NCBI RefSeq assembly: GCF_001194135.2
Contig: NC_068986.1
Coordinates: 67,496,588-67,528,813 of the forward strand
Direction of reading: 5' to 3'
Source of the DNA: Octopus bimaculoides
Taxonomy: Eukaryota
Length of the DNA stretch: 32,226 nt
This document shows positions 1 through 11,996 of this stretch, one piece after another. The position numbers and the translations under genes were made by a program. Positions within the stretch are counted from its first letter, which is position 1. Every line of letters starts with the position of its first letter. A model generated the notes under the pieces. That model was given only the letters and a program-made list of their open reading frames with translations, ran no database searches and had not been told where the DNA came from.

Positions 1-2
1 CT

Positions 3-243
3 ATCATAGTAGGTGCCTTAGGTATAATAAAAAAATATTCAGACAAATACATAACAAAAATAGCAGGACTTACAAATATATATAACATACAGAAAATTGC
101 ACTACTGGGTACTGCACACATCCTACGCAAAACACTTTCAATACAGTAAACATAAGAGCACCACAGCAAACCACAGCACATACCCAAGGCGCACAGAGCT
201 GCGCTCGGTAGTGAAGTGAAAGCACGTTATAAAAATAAAACTA

Positions 244-273
<30 letters not shown>
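3..273 (+). mobile_element. 3' end of an R4/Dong-like non-LTR retrotransposon (C-terminus of RLE domain, 3' UTR, (AAT)n tail); continues beyond the left edge
   Basis: 3-149 translates to IIVGALGIIKKYSDKYITKIAGLTNIYNIQKIALLGTAHILRKTLSIQ*, matching the 'I.VGALG...QK.ALLGTAHILRK.L' C-terminus I recognise from R4/Dong elements; followed by ~100 bp UTR and (AAT)9 at 247-273. Confidence 0.8.
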
Positions 274-274
<1 letters not shown>

Positions 275-625
275 CCTTCTTTTTCTTTCCTTTCGAAAAT
301 GTGAACATCATAGCCATGTGTTGAGAGGAATTCGTTGGGGTTTGAATAATTCACCTCTAGAAACACGGTTCAACATCCTTAAACAACCCTTATTCAGGGA
401 CCTTTTCAGCGGGATGGGCTACTCGACCTGAAGAAAATTCTAACTGAGCCCTACCTGCAAGATCATGCGCTGTTTATCTTGATATAAATTCACCTTGTCG
501 CGCACATATGGTTGAGATGCATGTGCCTGGTGTATCCTTATCAGGCGGGTAGTCATGCTGGGTATACTGGGCTTCGTATATTATACCACAGTATCACTTT
601 GATGGCATGCACTGCACTCTCACTC
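274..625. repeat. ~350-bp unclassified interspersed element bounded by (AAT)n on both sides
   Basis: Higher-GC island between two AAT arrays; no ORF or family recognised. Confidence 0.4.
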
Positions 626-650
626 AATAATAATAATAATAATAATGATA

Positions 651-697
<47 letters not shown>

Positions 698-712
698 AAT
701 AATAATAATAAT
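626..712. repeat. Compound microsatellite (AAT)n(GAT)n(AAT)n
   Basis: Direct reading; explains the poly-N/D ORF 512-763. Confidence 0.95.
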
Positions 713-715
713 AGT

Positions 716-846
716 CCTTCTTTCTGCTATAAGCACAATCCTGAAATTTGGGGTGAGGTATAGTCAACTCCATGGGCCCCAGTACTCAACCTCAAAAGAA
801 TGAAAAGCAGAGTCGGCCTTGGAGAAATTTTAACTCAGAACGTAAT
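716..846 (-). mobile_element. Partial tRNA-derived SINE, family B (Meta-like core)
   Basis: Minus strand reads ttacgttctgagttaaaatttctccaaggccgactctgcttttcattc..., homologous to copies at 16855-17051 and 28131-28332. Confidence 0.75.
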
Positions 847-1630
847 GTTACGTATTTTGCCCGGCATGCAAAATTATGCCAGTTCACCGCTTTAACAACA
901 ACAGCAACAACAACAAAAGAACAACAACAATAATAATACGGTTGATGAAGATGATGATGATGATGATGACAAAAAATAATCATGCCACATGAATCTAAAC
1001 GCTTGGCAAGAGATTTTGAACGAGAGGGACGGACATTGTATTTGCTTACTGATAGTTTGTCATCTATATAATAAATAATGAATACAATCGTTTTTAGCTT
1101 CAAATATTTTAGGTGATAATCACAGATATTCTGTCTTTCTTCTGTCTCATAAGATTTCCATAAACAAGTTTCACAAGAATCTATCTGAAATAAGGAGAGG
1201 CTAGTTATTTTAATAGTGGAATTGGAAATGATGTCGCCCTGCGACTAAATTGATTATAGATCCCTATGTATTATTACAATGTTTAATTGTGTCTTTGATT
1301 TATTTTCCTCTCAGAAATTCCTTAAATGCATCACGAAAATATCTAATCTGAAACACGCTAGGTATTAATTTTCATGACGTTTTATCATCTGCACAGGGTG
1401 GTAGAAATTAATTTATTCTAACAAAATATTTCAATGAATACAAGAAAATGTCTTCGATCTCGATATAACATTCTTATACACTCCTCTATCTCATTTCTTT
1501 TCTAAAATTCTATTATAAAAACAGCGCAAGAACAGGAAAGTCAAGTGGGACCTTGTAAATTGTTTAAATGATATAGAATTTTTCGAAAATTCATGTTTCT
1601 GGGGTTGTTTCTCTATAACACAAACTTGTT

Positions 1631-1710
1631 TTTAGATTTTTAAGAAATTTTTAGATTTTTAAGAAATTTTTAGATTTTAAGAAATTTTTAGATTTTAAGG
1701 AATTTTTAAA
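1631..1710. repeat. ~19-20-bp minisatellite (tttagattttaagaaatt) x ~4
   Basis: Direct reading. Confidence 0.85.
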
Positions 1711-1888
1711 TATTACGGAATTAATACTCTTAATGACCGGCTTTTATTTCAAACCCTGCCATAGTTTAAAAATATTTTTTTGAGTTTTAATGCAGAATAT
1801 ATAAGATTTAGTTTCCATAGTCTTTAACTCTTCTTGATTTCATCCCTCCCAAACACGCACGCACATTTACTGTCTATTTCGTCTCCGC

Positions 1889-1892
<4 letters not shown>

Positions 1893-1947
<55 letters not shown>
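1893..1947. repeat. (CT)n microsatellite
   Basis: Direct reading. Confidence 0.95.
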
Positions 1948-1949
<2 letters not shown>

Positions 1950-3984
1950 CATCTCTCTCTCTCTCTATTTATCTATCTCATCTCTATCTATCTACTATCT
2001 CTATTTGTCTAACTATTGTCATTAATTTTTCTTTTTATGCCTCAACTTAGCCTCAGCAATATTTCCCTTCTGTACATCGTGCACTCTTAATACACTTTCT
2101 GTCACAACCTTTGTATTTCTCCCTCAATCCTTGTCTATATGCATAAGTTGTCATAAACACATCATTCTATGGAGTTTTTCTCTTCTTCATACTATATTTT
2201 CTCTTTGATTAAAGTTTCTGTTTTGTAAAGCATCATATAATCATATAATTATAGTTCAAATTATAGTTCAAAGCTGTCATCTCTCTTATAATGCTTATTC
2301 GGACTTCCTCATGACACTTTTTGCTCTGTCTTTCAGTCTTTTCCTCCTCCTTTCTTTCCCTTTCTCTCTGTAAGAGAATGTATATATGTACGTAGCTTCT
2401 ATGCATGTATGCAATGTAACCAATCGTGAAAATATCCATATTTTGCTATCCAAACATATTTGCTTGGTTTTTGTTTTTGTCTTTGAAATTTTACATATTT
2501 TCTCCTTAGCTTTCTCATTTCACAATACTATCTGTGAGAGCTGTGAATTCAAACCACATAATAGAATGTGCGACTTTAAGTTAGTAACATATAATAATGT
2601 TTTTTATTTGATTCTTGAAAATAAATTTTTTTTTAAATAAATTAAAAAGAAAATGACTGAGTATAATTCATAGAAGAAGAGAAGTAATAGATTGAATCGA
2701 TAGCATTGAGGGATATATCTAAGGAAAACGTTAATGAAAAGTTGAATCGAGTGAAAAGGGCGGAAAGTATAAGGGAGTTGGAAATATAAACTAAGGACAA
2801 TGACGATAAGAAATAAACAAATCGATTGATATAGGATATGTGTTTTTCGTGAAGAAAGATATACAGAGGATTAGTGAGACAGATATTGATAGGCAGTTAA
2901 ATGGTTAGGAGAAACAAGCATGGATTCATAATGATTGATACGTTTTTGAACTTTGTCTTCTCTATTCATTATCGTTGATCATTGATCGGTGTATCATCTG
3001 ACTGTTTTAAAATGCAGAATGTTCACAATGTGATGGCACCGGTGTGTTATGAAACAATGTCTAGCTTGCACTATACTCTAGATTTAGCAGAGAATGGTGC
3101 TAAGTGCATATTTCATTTATTTGAATTGTTAAAGAAGCACTACTTAAATAAAGCAAACCAACAAGATGAGCAAACTCACTACACTTACCTCTACATACAC
3201 ACATATACGCGCGACTTCTACGTCTCTGAGTGCAAATCTCGAAATAATACCAAAATTAATTTCGTTATATATTTGTTAGTTTATAATCTATTTCTTATAC
3301 AACATTCTATCCTTTTCTTATTCATAGCACATTGCTGCTAAAAAAATCTATATTAAAAAATCCAAGTCACATATGTAAATTGAAAGAATAAAAGGTATAT
3401 CTAAAGAATTGAATTATTGCGAGCTTCCAAAATATGTTTATGCTAGTATTGTATTTTCCCGAGGGTGTTTTACATTTACTTTAGCATCTGATATATTGAA
3501 AGTAAACTGTTGTTTTAGTGGCGACCAGCATTTGTTTTTGGCATTGTCTGGGTCATTTCCAGCAGAAACACTTCAAATACTGCTGTCCCAACTTTATTGA
3601 ACGTTTGTTTACTTTCTCAGACCAGATATTCTAAAACAGAAAATTGAATCACATCAATGCATTAATGCCTAGTAATGGTTTTCTTCAGCAACAAATATAT
3701 CGATTAAATCCATGCTCAGAAGATATAACTGGGCAAGAGTTTAAGAATTCAACTCGCAGCATTACAATTGGGAGTTTCGTCGTTGGTATATGAATAGTAT
3801 AGTAGAGTCTGATAAAATCATATTTATCCCAATATATTTTGCTAATAAAATAATTAGTATTAATGTTCATAAAGCACAAGAATAATCTGGACGACAATGA
3901 AGTATCTGCCAGTAGAATATTGCGATGAAAGACAAAATATCGAGCATGGCTAGCATTGAAATAAGTCCCGAGAAATGGAAATTA

Positions 3985-4260
3985 CTGTTGTTATATATTA
4001 TGTTCTGCTTCGAGATTTCCAAAAGTCGTCTATCACAAATAAGAAATATTAATGTATTAGATGACTGATACAATGTGCCAAGAATAGCTGTGGTTCTTGC
4101 TTATTTTGGATATATGCCAATGAAAGCGAAAATTTTGTGCTTGCTTTCTGGCTTTAAAACATTATTTCCCTAACTTTACCAGCGTTTAGCGTCATATTAT
4201 ACTAGCACTCGTATTTATGGGGGTTAGCTTTATTATGTGTATTAGTAATAACATATGTAG
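3985..4260. repeat. Old diverged duplicate, copy A (inverted homolog of 9245-9520)
   Basis: Shared blocks such as ttatgttctgct(t/a)cgagatttc, tattagatga(c/t)tga and ttttggata..gccaa(t/c)gaaagcgaaaa.tttgtg. Confidence 0.8.
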
Positions 4261-5686
4261 CTTTATTTTATGCAGTACACCGTTTGTGTATGTGAACCAC
4301 TGTCATCTATGTTATTTCAAAAATAGCATAGAGTTGCTAGTGTTTATGGTAGTATATTTAACGAATGGTATTTAGAGACTTTTAGATAATGTTATCATTA
4401 TTTTATTAACTGCGAGGTTTTTTGGAATATCTATTGAAGGGAATGGATAAAGGAGAACGCAATAAAAAATTTACATTAATCATCCAAAGAATTATATATT
4501 TGGTTTTGTATATAAGTGCCTTTTCTTTAGCTTTGTATGCTTTGGTGTTCTTCAATTTGCTTTTCGAATAAATGAAGTTTATTTTGTGTTTCATAAGATT
4601 AAAATTTGAAATTTATTGACAGCTGCATGGATATCCCGATAAAAGAATAATTGATTTATTTACTAGTGGTTCATAATTTTAAGCACCTATAATTTCTGAA
4701 TATCTTTTGAAATTTATTGTTTAACTTCATATTTGCTCTCGAAAATTCAAACGCATACAAACAGGCATTACGATGCAGATACAATACAATTGATATTTAA
4801 CCGAAACACACAAACATAGACATATACACAGTCACAAATATACGCTGGCACATTATATTGTTAAAATGTAGATTGCTTCAAACTGCTGGTAAATTTTCAG
4901 GAAAGAAAAATCCTTTGTATAATTACATATATAAACAAAAATTCCTTTCATTAAACTAACAGGTTATCTACATAATAAATAGGTAAATGTCAATACGATA
5001 AATTTATAGCTTGTTTTAGGTTTTAAAACCATTAAAGACATTAAATATTATTTCATTTTAAAAATAACATGTAAAGAGACATGCTGGATGGCAGAAGTAG
5101 ATGCAGTTTTGGTAAATTCTTTCAGGAGTTTTAGTATCTTTGCTACATTGTGATTTCGAATTTCATCGAGCACGAATTACATTTCATTCTTGAATACAAA
5201 GATTTTAAGTAAGGTACTGACATTCACTAAACTATTCTACATCTTGCCATACGTATACGGATATTTCTAATGTAGTTATAAATTATCAAATTAAGTAATG
5301 CTACAAAAGAAATATCTACTTAAAGTGAAAAGACTTTCTATTGAATTATTGTCTCCAACAGAAACAAATAATTGCTGAGTATTCAGATTTACATTTTGCT
5401 TCAAATATAATACATGAATGAATGAAAGAATGAATGAGTATATGTGCCTGCATGCCTGTATGCGTGTATACGTTCCTGTTATTCTTTTAATGCTTCAGGT
5501 AATAGTCTACGGCAATACAGGTAGATTACTTGCGCTGCTCTCACATTGAATCCAGAGATTTAATTTAAGTCATTATCCTATCGAATTCTCTTTCTGGAGC
5601 CACTAAAGTGACGCGACAGGTCACAACATAAACAACAAAATTTTGGACGCTTTTAAGCATAAATACATACTTATATATCAACCCCT

Positions 5687-5687
<1 letters not shown>

Positions 5688-5727
<40 letters not shown>

Positions 5728-5762
5728 TCACACACAGACATACATACACACACACACACACA
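5688..5762. repeat. (CA)n microsatellite
   Basis: Direct reading. Confidence 0.95.
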
Positions 5763-6464
5763 GCTTTACACATGCGACGATGGCGCTGAATTATTCGAGT
5801 CGATAGCGGGTCGATTAGAACACTTTGCCCTTGCTATACTGATATCTAGCATTGAGATTTGGGAGGTGATTATGCAAGTGCCCAATAATTTCGTCTGAAA
5901 CTATGCAGTTATGTACACATATGTACAAATACGAACAATGTGCACACATCCGAACAAGAACCTAATACAGGTGCATTTGGATACGTCTGAGTGCCAGTGT
6001 GTGTGTGGTGGGGGGGACGCCAGTATGTGTATATGTGTTTACATATTCTGCATGGATGTACTTGTGAATATACAAGTGTCTTCATATGCATAATTCCTTT
6101 GAATGTGGAGAAAATTAATGCAAAGCTGGCAAAAATTAGAGGTTGTTCGCCCTGATCTGTATATTCATTTATCTATTCAAAAATCCGGAACGATATAGTA
6201 TAGCTTCGTTGTATTCTCATCAAATATGGAGACGAGTACCAACGTTTCATGAGGAACGGTTGATAATTGCTGAGAATTCTCGTCATAAAACCAATGGTAG
6301 CTTTGTTTACCCATAAATAAAGAATACCGCTTCACCAACGGTGTGTTGAGCATGCATTCTCAGTGTTCGGTGTTTGCGTCTAAATACATCATACATACAT
6401 ACACACGTACATACAAACATAAATACACACATATATATAACTATATATATATATATATATATAT

Positions 6465-6795
6465 NNNNNNNNNNNNNNNNNNNNNNNNNNNNNNNNNNNN
6501 NNNNNNNNNNNNNNNNNNNNNNNNNNNNNNNNNNNNNNNNNNNNNNNNNNNNNNNNNNNNNNNNNNNNNNNNNNNNNNNNNNNNNNNNNNNNNNNNNNNN
6601 NNNNNNNNNNNNNNNNNNNNNNNNNNNNNNNNNNNNNNNNNNNNNNNNNNNNNNNNNNNNNNNNNNNNNNNNNNNNNNNNNNNNNNNNNNNNNNNNNNNN
6701 NNNNNNNNNNNNNNNNNNNNNNNNNNNNNNNNNNNNNNNNNNNNNNNNNNNNNNNNNNNNNNNNNNNNNNNNNNNNNNNNNNNNNNNNNNNNNNN
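6465..6795. other. Assembly gap next to (TA)n; other gaps at 8578-8742, 10883-11363, 14426-15188, 17142-17196, 17734-18238, 20506-20856 and 22497-22632
   Basis: N runs, each abutting a microsatellite or minisatellite on at least one side. Confidence 0.98.
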
Positions 6796-7539
6796 AATTT
6801 CGAAAGGAATGAAAATTAAATAAAAACATTTATCATCTAGTTTCCTGGACCAATTGGTCTCTGATTTTTATTTTAGCAAATTAAATAATTTGCTACGTAA
6901 AATCTTCAACAGGTACACCCAAGATTAAAACTAAGATTAAACATATATACACGAGGCAATCAATTATATGCCACATGCTTATGTATTCTAATTTTTCAAA
7001 TCTACCACGGAAGTGCAGCTCCTCGTCGGCAGTAAATAAATTTCCAGCGATAAAATTCGAAAATTATCCAAAAAATTTTCCATAATAATATCGAAGGGAA
7101 ATAGAAATATTAGAAATTTCTACTACCAGTGGCCTAGCGTGTAAAATTTTATCCAATAGTAGAAAAGAAAAGAATGGTAAAAATTTAGAATTATTAATTA
7201 TAAAAGCATGTTTAAAAGTTTCAATGTAAACAAGTTTAAATTTTCATAACAGTCAATAATATAAAAACTGTGCATCAACTCGTTTAAATGTACAAGGTTT
7301 ATTAGTGTTAGTAGTGATCGACAAGAAATAAATATCAAGGGAGAAAAACAAAGGAGAAATAAAGATAGTAAAAAAAGGGATTTGGTTTATAATTTCCGTC
7401 GTGTGGAGAAACTTTAGCTTGTAATAGTTTTTATATTATTGAATGTTATCAATATTTTAACTTATCTACATTGAAACTTTTAAACATGCTTTTATAATTA
7501 ATAATTCTAAATTTTTACCATTCTTTTCTTTTCTACTTT

Positions 7540-8400
7540 TGGTACAAGGCTCGAAATCCGTTGTAGTTCAGGGTTCCATCGCTAGAGGTCACTTGATGTG
7601 ACCATCAGGTAGCAGTCGTTGCCTGGGGCCGTGCTGTCACGTTATGCGTTTTTGTTTTGAAGTGTTTCTCCTCTGTTCGTCGATTTTTGCGATGGCTAAA
7701 ACTAAGGAGTAGCGTGCTTCCGTGAAATTCTATTTTCTGCTCGGGAAAACGACGACCGAAACCATTGTCATGCTTCAAACAGCTTACAACGACGCTGGTA
7801 TGTGCTAAGCACAAGTTTACGAGGGCTTTTCTCGCTTTAGGAATGGACACTTGTTGCCTGAAGACCACCCTCGTTCAGGACAACCCTCAACCTCCCGAAC
7901 GAATGAAAAGATGAAAATTCATGAGCTGATCTTCGAGGTTCATCAACGAAGAGTTGACAAACTTGTTGATATGACTGGTGTGTTCTGGAGCTCCTGCGAA
8001 GGAATTTTGAGCGAGGATTTGCAAACGAAGAGAGCTGTAGCAAAATTTGTGCCTTGCTTGCTCATGGATGATCAAAAGCAGTCGCAACTCTATGCGTTTC
8101 GTGGACTGAAAGAAGATTTGGAAGTTGATCCGGAACTTTTTTCGAAGGTCATCACAGGTGACGAAAGCTGGTGCTACGGAATTTACAGACGTCGAAGGGG
8201 TGAAGCAAAATATGATCGTAGCGTTAAAAGGAATCACTTCGCAAGAGTTCCAGCACTGCTTCGAATAGTGGAAAACGCGGCTGGACCGATACATTGCTTC
8301 AAATGGAAACAGTTTGAAGGCGATAAAAATGTAAACATGTAAAACTTAGTGAATAAAATAATATTACAAAATTCCGGTTTCTTTTGGGTACCCCTTCATA
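7540..8400 (+). mobile_element. Defective mariner (Tc1/mariner) DNA transposon, internally deleted; right TIR present
   Basis: From ATG 7692: MAKTKE*RASVKFYFLLGKTTTETIVMLQTAY...EDHPRSGQPSTSRT...AKFVPCLL...DPELFSKVITGDESWCYG, then an abrupt jump to the C-terminus FTDVEGVKQN...FQHCFE*WKTRLDRYI..G..FEGD; ends attccggtttcttttgggtaccccttcaTA at 8400. The left boundary is approximate. Confidence 0.92.
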
Positions 8401-8431
<31 letters not shown>

Positions 8432-8764
8432 CTGCGTGTGTCTGTATATATATATATATATATATTGTTTGTAAACTTTTGGTAGATAAGTAGAAAGATA
8501 GACAGACAGAGAGATAGCGTGATAGACAGACACATAAATATATATATATGTATATATATATATATATGTATATATATNNNNNNNNNNNNNNNNNNNNNNN
8601 NNNNNNNNNNNNNNNNNNNNNNNNNNNNNNNNNNNNNNNNNNNNNNNNNNNNNNNNNNNNNNNNNNNNNNNNNNNNNNNNNNNNNNNNNNNNNNNNNNNN
8701 NNNNNNNNNNNNNNNNNNNNNNNNNNNNNNNNNNNNNNNNNNAGAGAGAGAGAGAGAGAGAGAA

Positions 8765-9163
8765 TTGTTTCAGTCATCAGACTGCTCCCATGCTAAGGAA
8801 CTGCCTTAAAGTGTTTTTAGTTCAATGAATGGACTGAAGTATTTTTTAACCTGGCACTTATTTTTCTCGGTCTATTTTGTCGACCCTCTAGTTAACGCGG
8901 AGTTAGACAGACAAACCGGTTCTGAATCGGTGATGGGAAAGTAAGACAGGCATGAAGACAGGCACACGCATAAACGCACACACACACAAATATATATACA
9001 TATATATACACAACGCTCTCTTTTCAATTTCCGTCTACCAACTACACTCACAAGTCTTTGGTCGGCCCAAGGCTATGATAGAATAAACTTGTCCAAGCTG
9101 TCATACAGTGAGACTGAACCCGGAGCCATGTGTTTGTAAATCAAGACTCTTACCACAAAACCA
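8765..9163 (-). mobile_element. Full-length tRNA-derived SINE, family A (CORE-type, octopus OR/OK-like), with internal microsatellite
   Basis: Homologous to 31270-31686: tRNA-like head, degenerate cttggacaag CORE motif, internal (CA/TA)n and tail ...gactgaaacaa. Confidence 0.8.
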
Positions 9164-9244
9164 CATAGATATGTATATTTATATAAATAATTTATGACGA
9201 AAGCTTCGATATAGGAAGTGTCCAATGAATTGAGTGGACAGATA

Positions 9245-9520
9245 CGTGCATATGACACTATTAATACAAATATAACGCTAACCCTATAAATACGACTTAC
9301 TTGTATTATGCGACTGAATATTGATAAAGTTTGGAAAGTACTATTTTGAATGAAGGGAGAGAACACAAACTTTTCGCTTTCGTTGGCTAATATCCAAAAC
9401 AAAATAGTACCTTATATATTCTTGGCAAAATATTTCAATCATCTAATATATTAATAATACATATTTGTAATAGACAAAAGTAACTTTCGCAAGAAATCTC
9501 GTAGCAGAACATAATGTTTT
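9245..9520. repeat. Old diverged duplicate, copy B (inverted homolog of 3985-4260)
   Basis: Manual alignment to copy A. Confidence 0.8.
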
Positions 9521-9610
9521 GCAGTTTTACAATAATAATGTCATTATATGTATACCTAAACACACACAAAGACACATATTATAATTCATGTGAGTGCATA
9601 TATATATATA

Positions 9611-9701
9611 CAGGCGCAGCACCGGCTGTGTGGTAAGTAGCTTGCTTAACAACCACATGGTTTCGGGTTCATTCCCACTACGTGGCACCTTGGGCAAGTG
9701 T
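9611..9701 (+). mobile_element. 5' part of SINE family A
   Basis: ggctgtgtggtaagtag (A-box-like), gggttcattccc (B-box-like), ccttgggcaagtgt (CORE motif). Confidence 0.85.
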
Positions 9702-10146
9702 GGGATGCACCATAATTCAACGTGCAGTTTCCCATCCGTGTGGGAGCGACGCAGGGTGTATCGAGACGTTCGTTGTAATAAATAAAATTCCCAGTATATG
9801 CTATGATCTGTATCCATTGTTTCTATTATAGTCAACGTACACCGATGACTTCCTAACGTAGATCCAGCGATGATTGTACAATTACCGTGGATTACGCCAG
9901 GTACCCATAGGCAGTGAACATGCTTTATCGGTAATCTACTAGGGATATACCCGACACGTAAAGTTTAAATTTAAAATTTAAACATTGAATTTAACTTACA
10001 CACACATACACACACACGCACGCACACACGCGCGCACGCACGCACACACACACACACGCACGCACACACACACACACACACACATATGATGTTGTAAGGC
10101 TTCAATAAATAGAATAGTAGTTGATCAGCCAAGAGAATAAAGATAA

Positions 10147-10590
10147 TGTAACAACAAAAAGTCACGTTTTAAATGTCCTCTAGGGGTGAAATGCAATATA
10201 TCCTCCGCTGCTTAGGAAGCACATGTTTCGGGTAACTATTACAACGTTAGAAGAAAAATCAGACGTTATACCGGATCTGCCGACAGGTGATTTAAATCCT
10301 GATATTACAACCATATTTCGAATTTTAGACATGGTGATATGAAACACAAAACAACACTTTCGGCTTAATCTGGCAACTTAAGGACGAATAGACCGACTAC
10401 GACATCAAATGAAAAATTATTTCGTAAACCAGTCTCTACATTATTGGGCCAAAACGATGTCCTATATGTTCTCTCGAAGAACTATATCTCTTAAAGGAGT
10501 TAAGGATTTCAAATGGCTATGTAATTTCCAGAAATTAGATTTTTTCGATGTCTCCGCATTTTAAGAAACTTATCTTGTCCTACTTTAAAA
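10147..10590 (+). mobile_element. Decayed Penelope-like element (PLE) GIY-YIG endonuclease C-terminus; absent from the ORF track
   Basis: With stops and one frameshift reads CNNKKSRFKCPLGVKCNISSAA*EAHV...RYTGSADR*FKS*YYNHISNFRH...TTLSA/IWQLKDE*TDYDIK*KIIS...YIIGPKRCPICSLEELYLL...SRN*IFSMSPHFKKLIL, matching the PLE pattern CPL.G.C..Y.A.V..Y.G..FK.RY.NH..F..T.LS..IW.LK..C.LC..E. Confidence 0.85.
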
Positions 10591-11363
10591 ATTGTCCGCT
10601 GGACACATCGGAAATATCTTTCTTTATGATTTTCCAACGATTTCTGTTGCGATGTTGGTTATCTCTCCTGCGCTTTTCTTTCCGTCTTCTTCCTCATGAG
10701 CGCTCTTTGATTTAAACGTCATCTACTTTAATCTAATTATCAAAACATCTATTCCTCAGTCCCAAAAAATAAACGCTTCGATGACGAATCCATGGGTGGC
10801 TGTAATTAACAAGTCTTGTGATTCTTCTTCTTCTTCTTCTTATTATTATTACTATATACATATATATATATATATATATATANNNNNNNNNNNNNNNNNN
10901 NNNNNNNNNNNNNNNNNNNNNNNNNNNNNNNNNNNNNNNNNNNNNNNNNNNNNNNNNNNNNNNNNNNNNNNNNNNNNNNNNNNNNNNNNNNNNNNNNNNN
11001 NNNNNNNNNNNNNNNNNNNNNNNNNNNNNNNNNNNNNNNNNNNNNNNNNNNNNNNNNNNNNNNNNNNNNNNNNNNNNNNNNNNNNNNNNNNNNNNNNNNN
11101 NNNNNNNNNNNNNNNNNNNNNNNNNNNNNNNNNNNNNNNNNNNNNNNNNNNNNNNNNNNNNNNNNNNNNNNNNNNNNNNNNNNNNNNNNNNNNNNNNNNN
11201 NNNNNNNNNNNNNNNNNNNNNNNNNNNNNNNNNNNNNNNNNNNNNNNNNNNNNNNNNNNNNNNNNNNNNNNNNNNNNNNNNNNNNNNNNNNNNNNNNNNN
11301 NNNNNNNNNNNNNNNNNNNNNNNNNNNNNNNNNNNNNNNNNNNNNNNNNNNNNNNNNNNNNNN

Positions 11364-11444
<81 letters not shown>

Positions 11445-11943
11445 ATGCTTATATATATCGTTTGTAGATAACATAAACCCGAAAGAAGTGTATGTGAGTG
11501 TGCGTCTGTGTTTGTGTATACACACACACACAAAAACACATACACACATATATGAATAATTTATACATATTTTGCATGCGGATATCCGCTAAATAATGAA
11601 GATTACCGGTCCATCTATGTTGGTGTTTAATAACTATGAACTCGATATTTGACATTTTCTCCAAGCTGCAATACTCTCATATCACGTGCATCAGATCGCT
11701 ATAGGATCGCAAGGATATCACACAAGCAGATATACATCCATCCATCCATACATACATACGTACGTACATGTGTGTGTGTGTATTGCATACACACATACAC
11801 ATTGCAACCTTCAATGAGGAGGTTGCATAAAGCAACGAAAGTGTTTTGACAAAGAAATGAGATATTTAATAAATGAGTGAAATTGAGCCAGTGTGTGTGT
11901 TAATAATATTGGCATGATGACTCTCCCTAGACACAACAATCTA

Positions 11944-11996
<53 letters not shown>

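Noticed and set aside
3022-3053. CSQCDGTG (DnaJ-type CxxCxGxG) peptide
   Set aside because: A single motif followed at once by a stop, with no second repeat; expected by chance.
2982-3341. 119-aa ORF
   Set aside because: Non-ATG start, no recognisable domain, and the 3' half is low-complexity AT-rich sequence.
6235-6295. Minus-strand atgacga...GAAACGTT hammerhead-like arrangement
   Set aside because: Stems I and II do not pair.
7500-7560. Left TIR of the mariner
   Set aside because: No match to the reverse complement of the right end (tatgaaggggtacccaaaagaaaccggaat).
10215-10265. Minus-strand GAAACATGT palindrome resembling a minimal hammerhead
   Set aside because: No core or stem II upstream, and position 17 would be G; it lies inside the PLE coding remnant.
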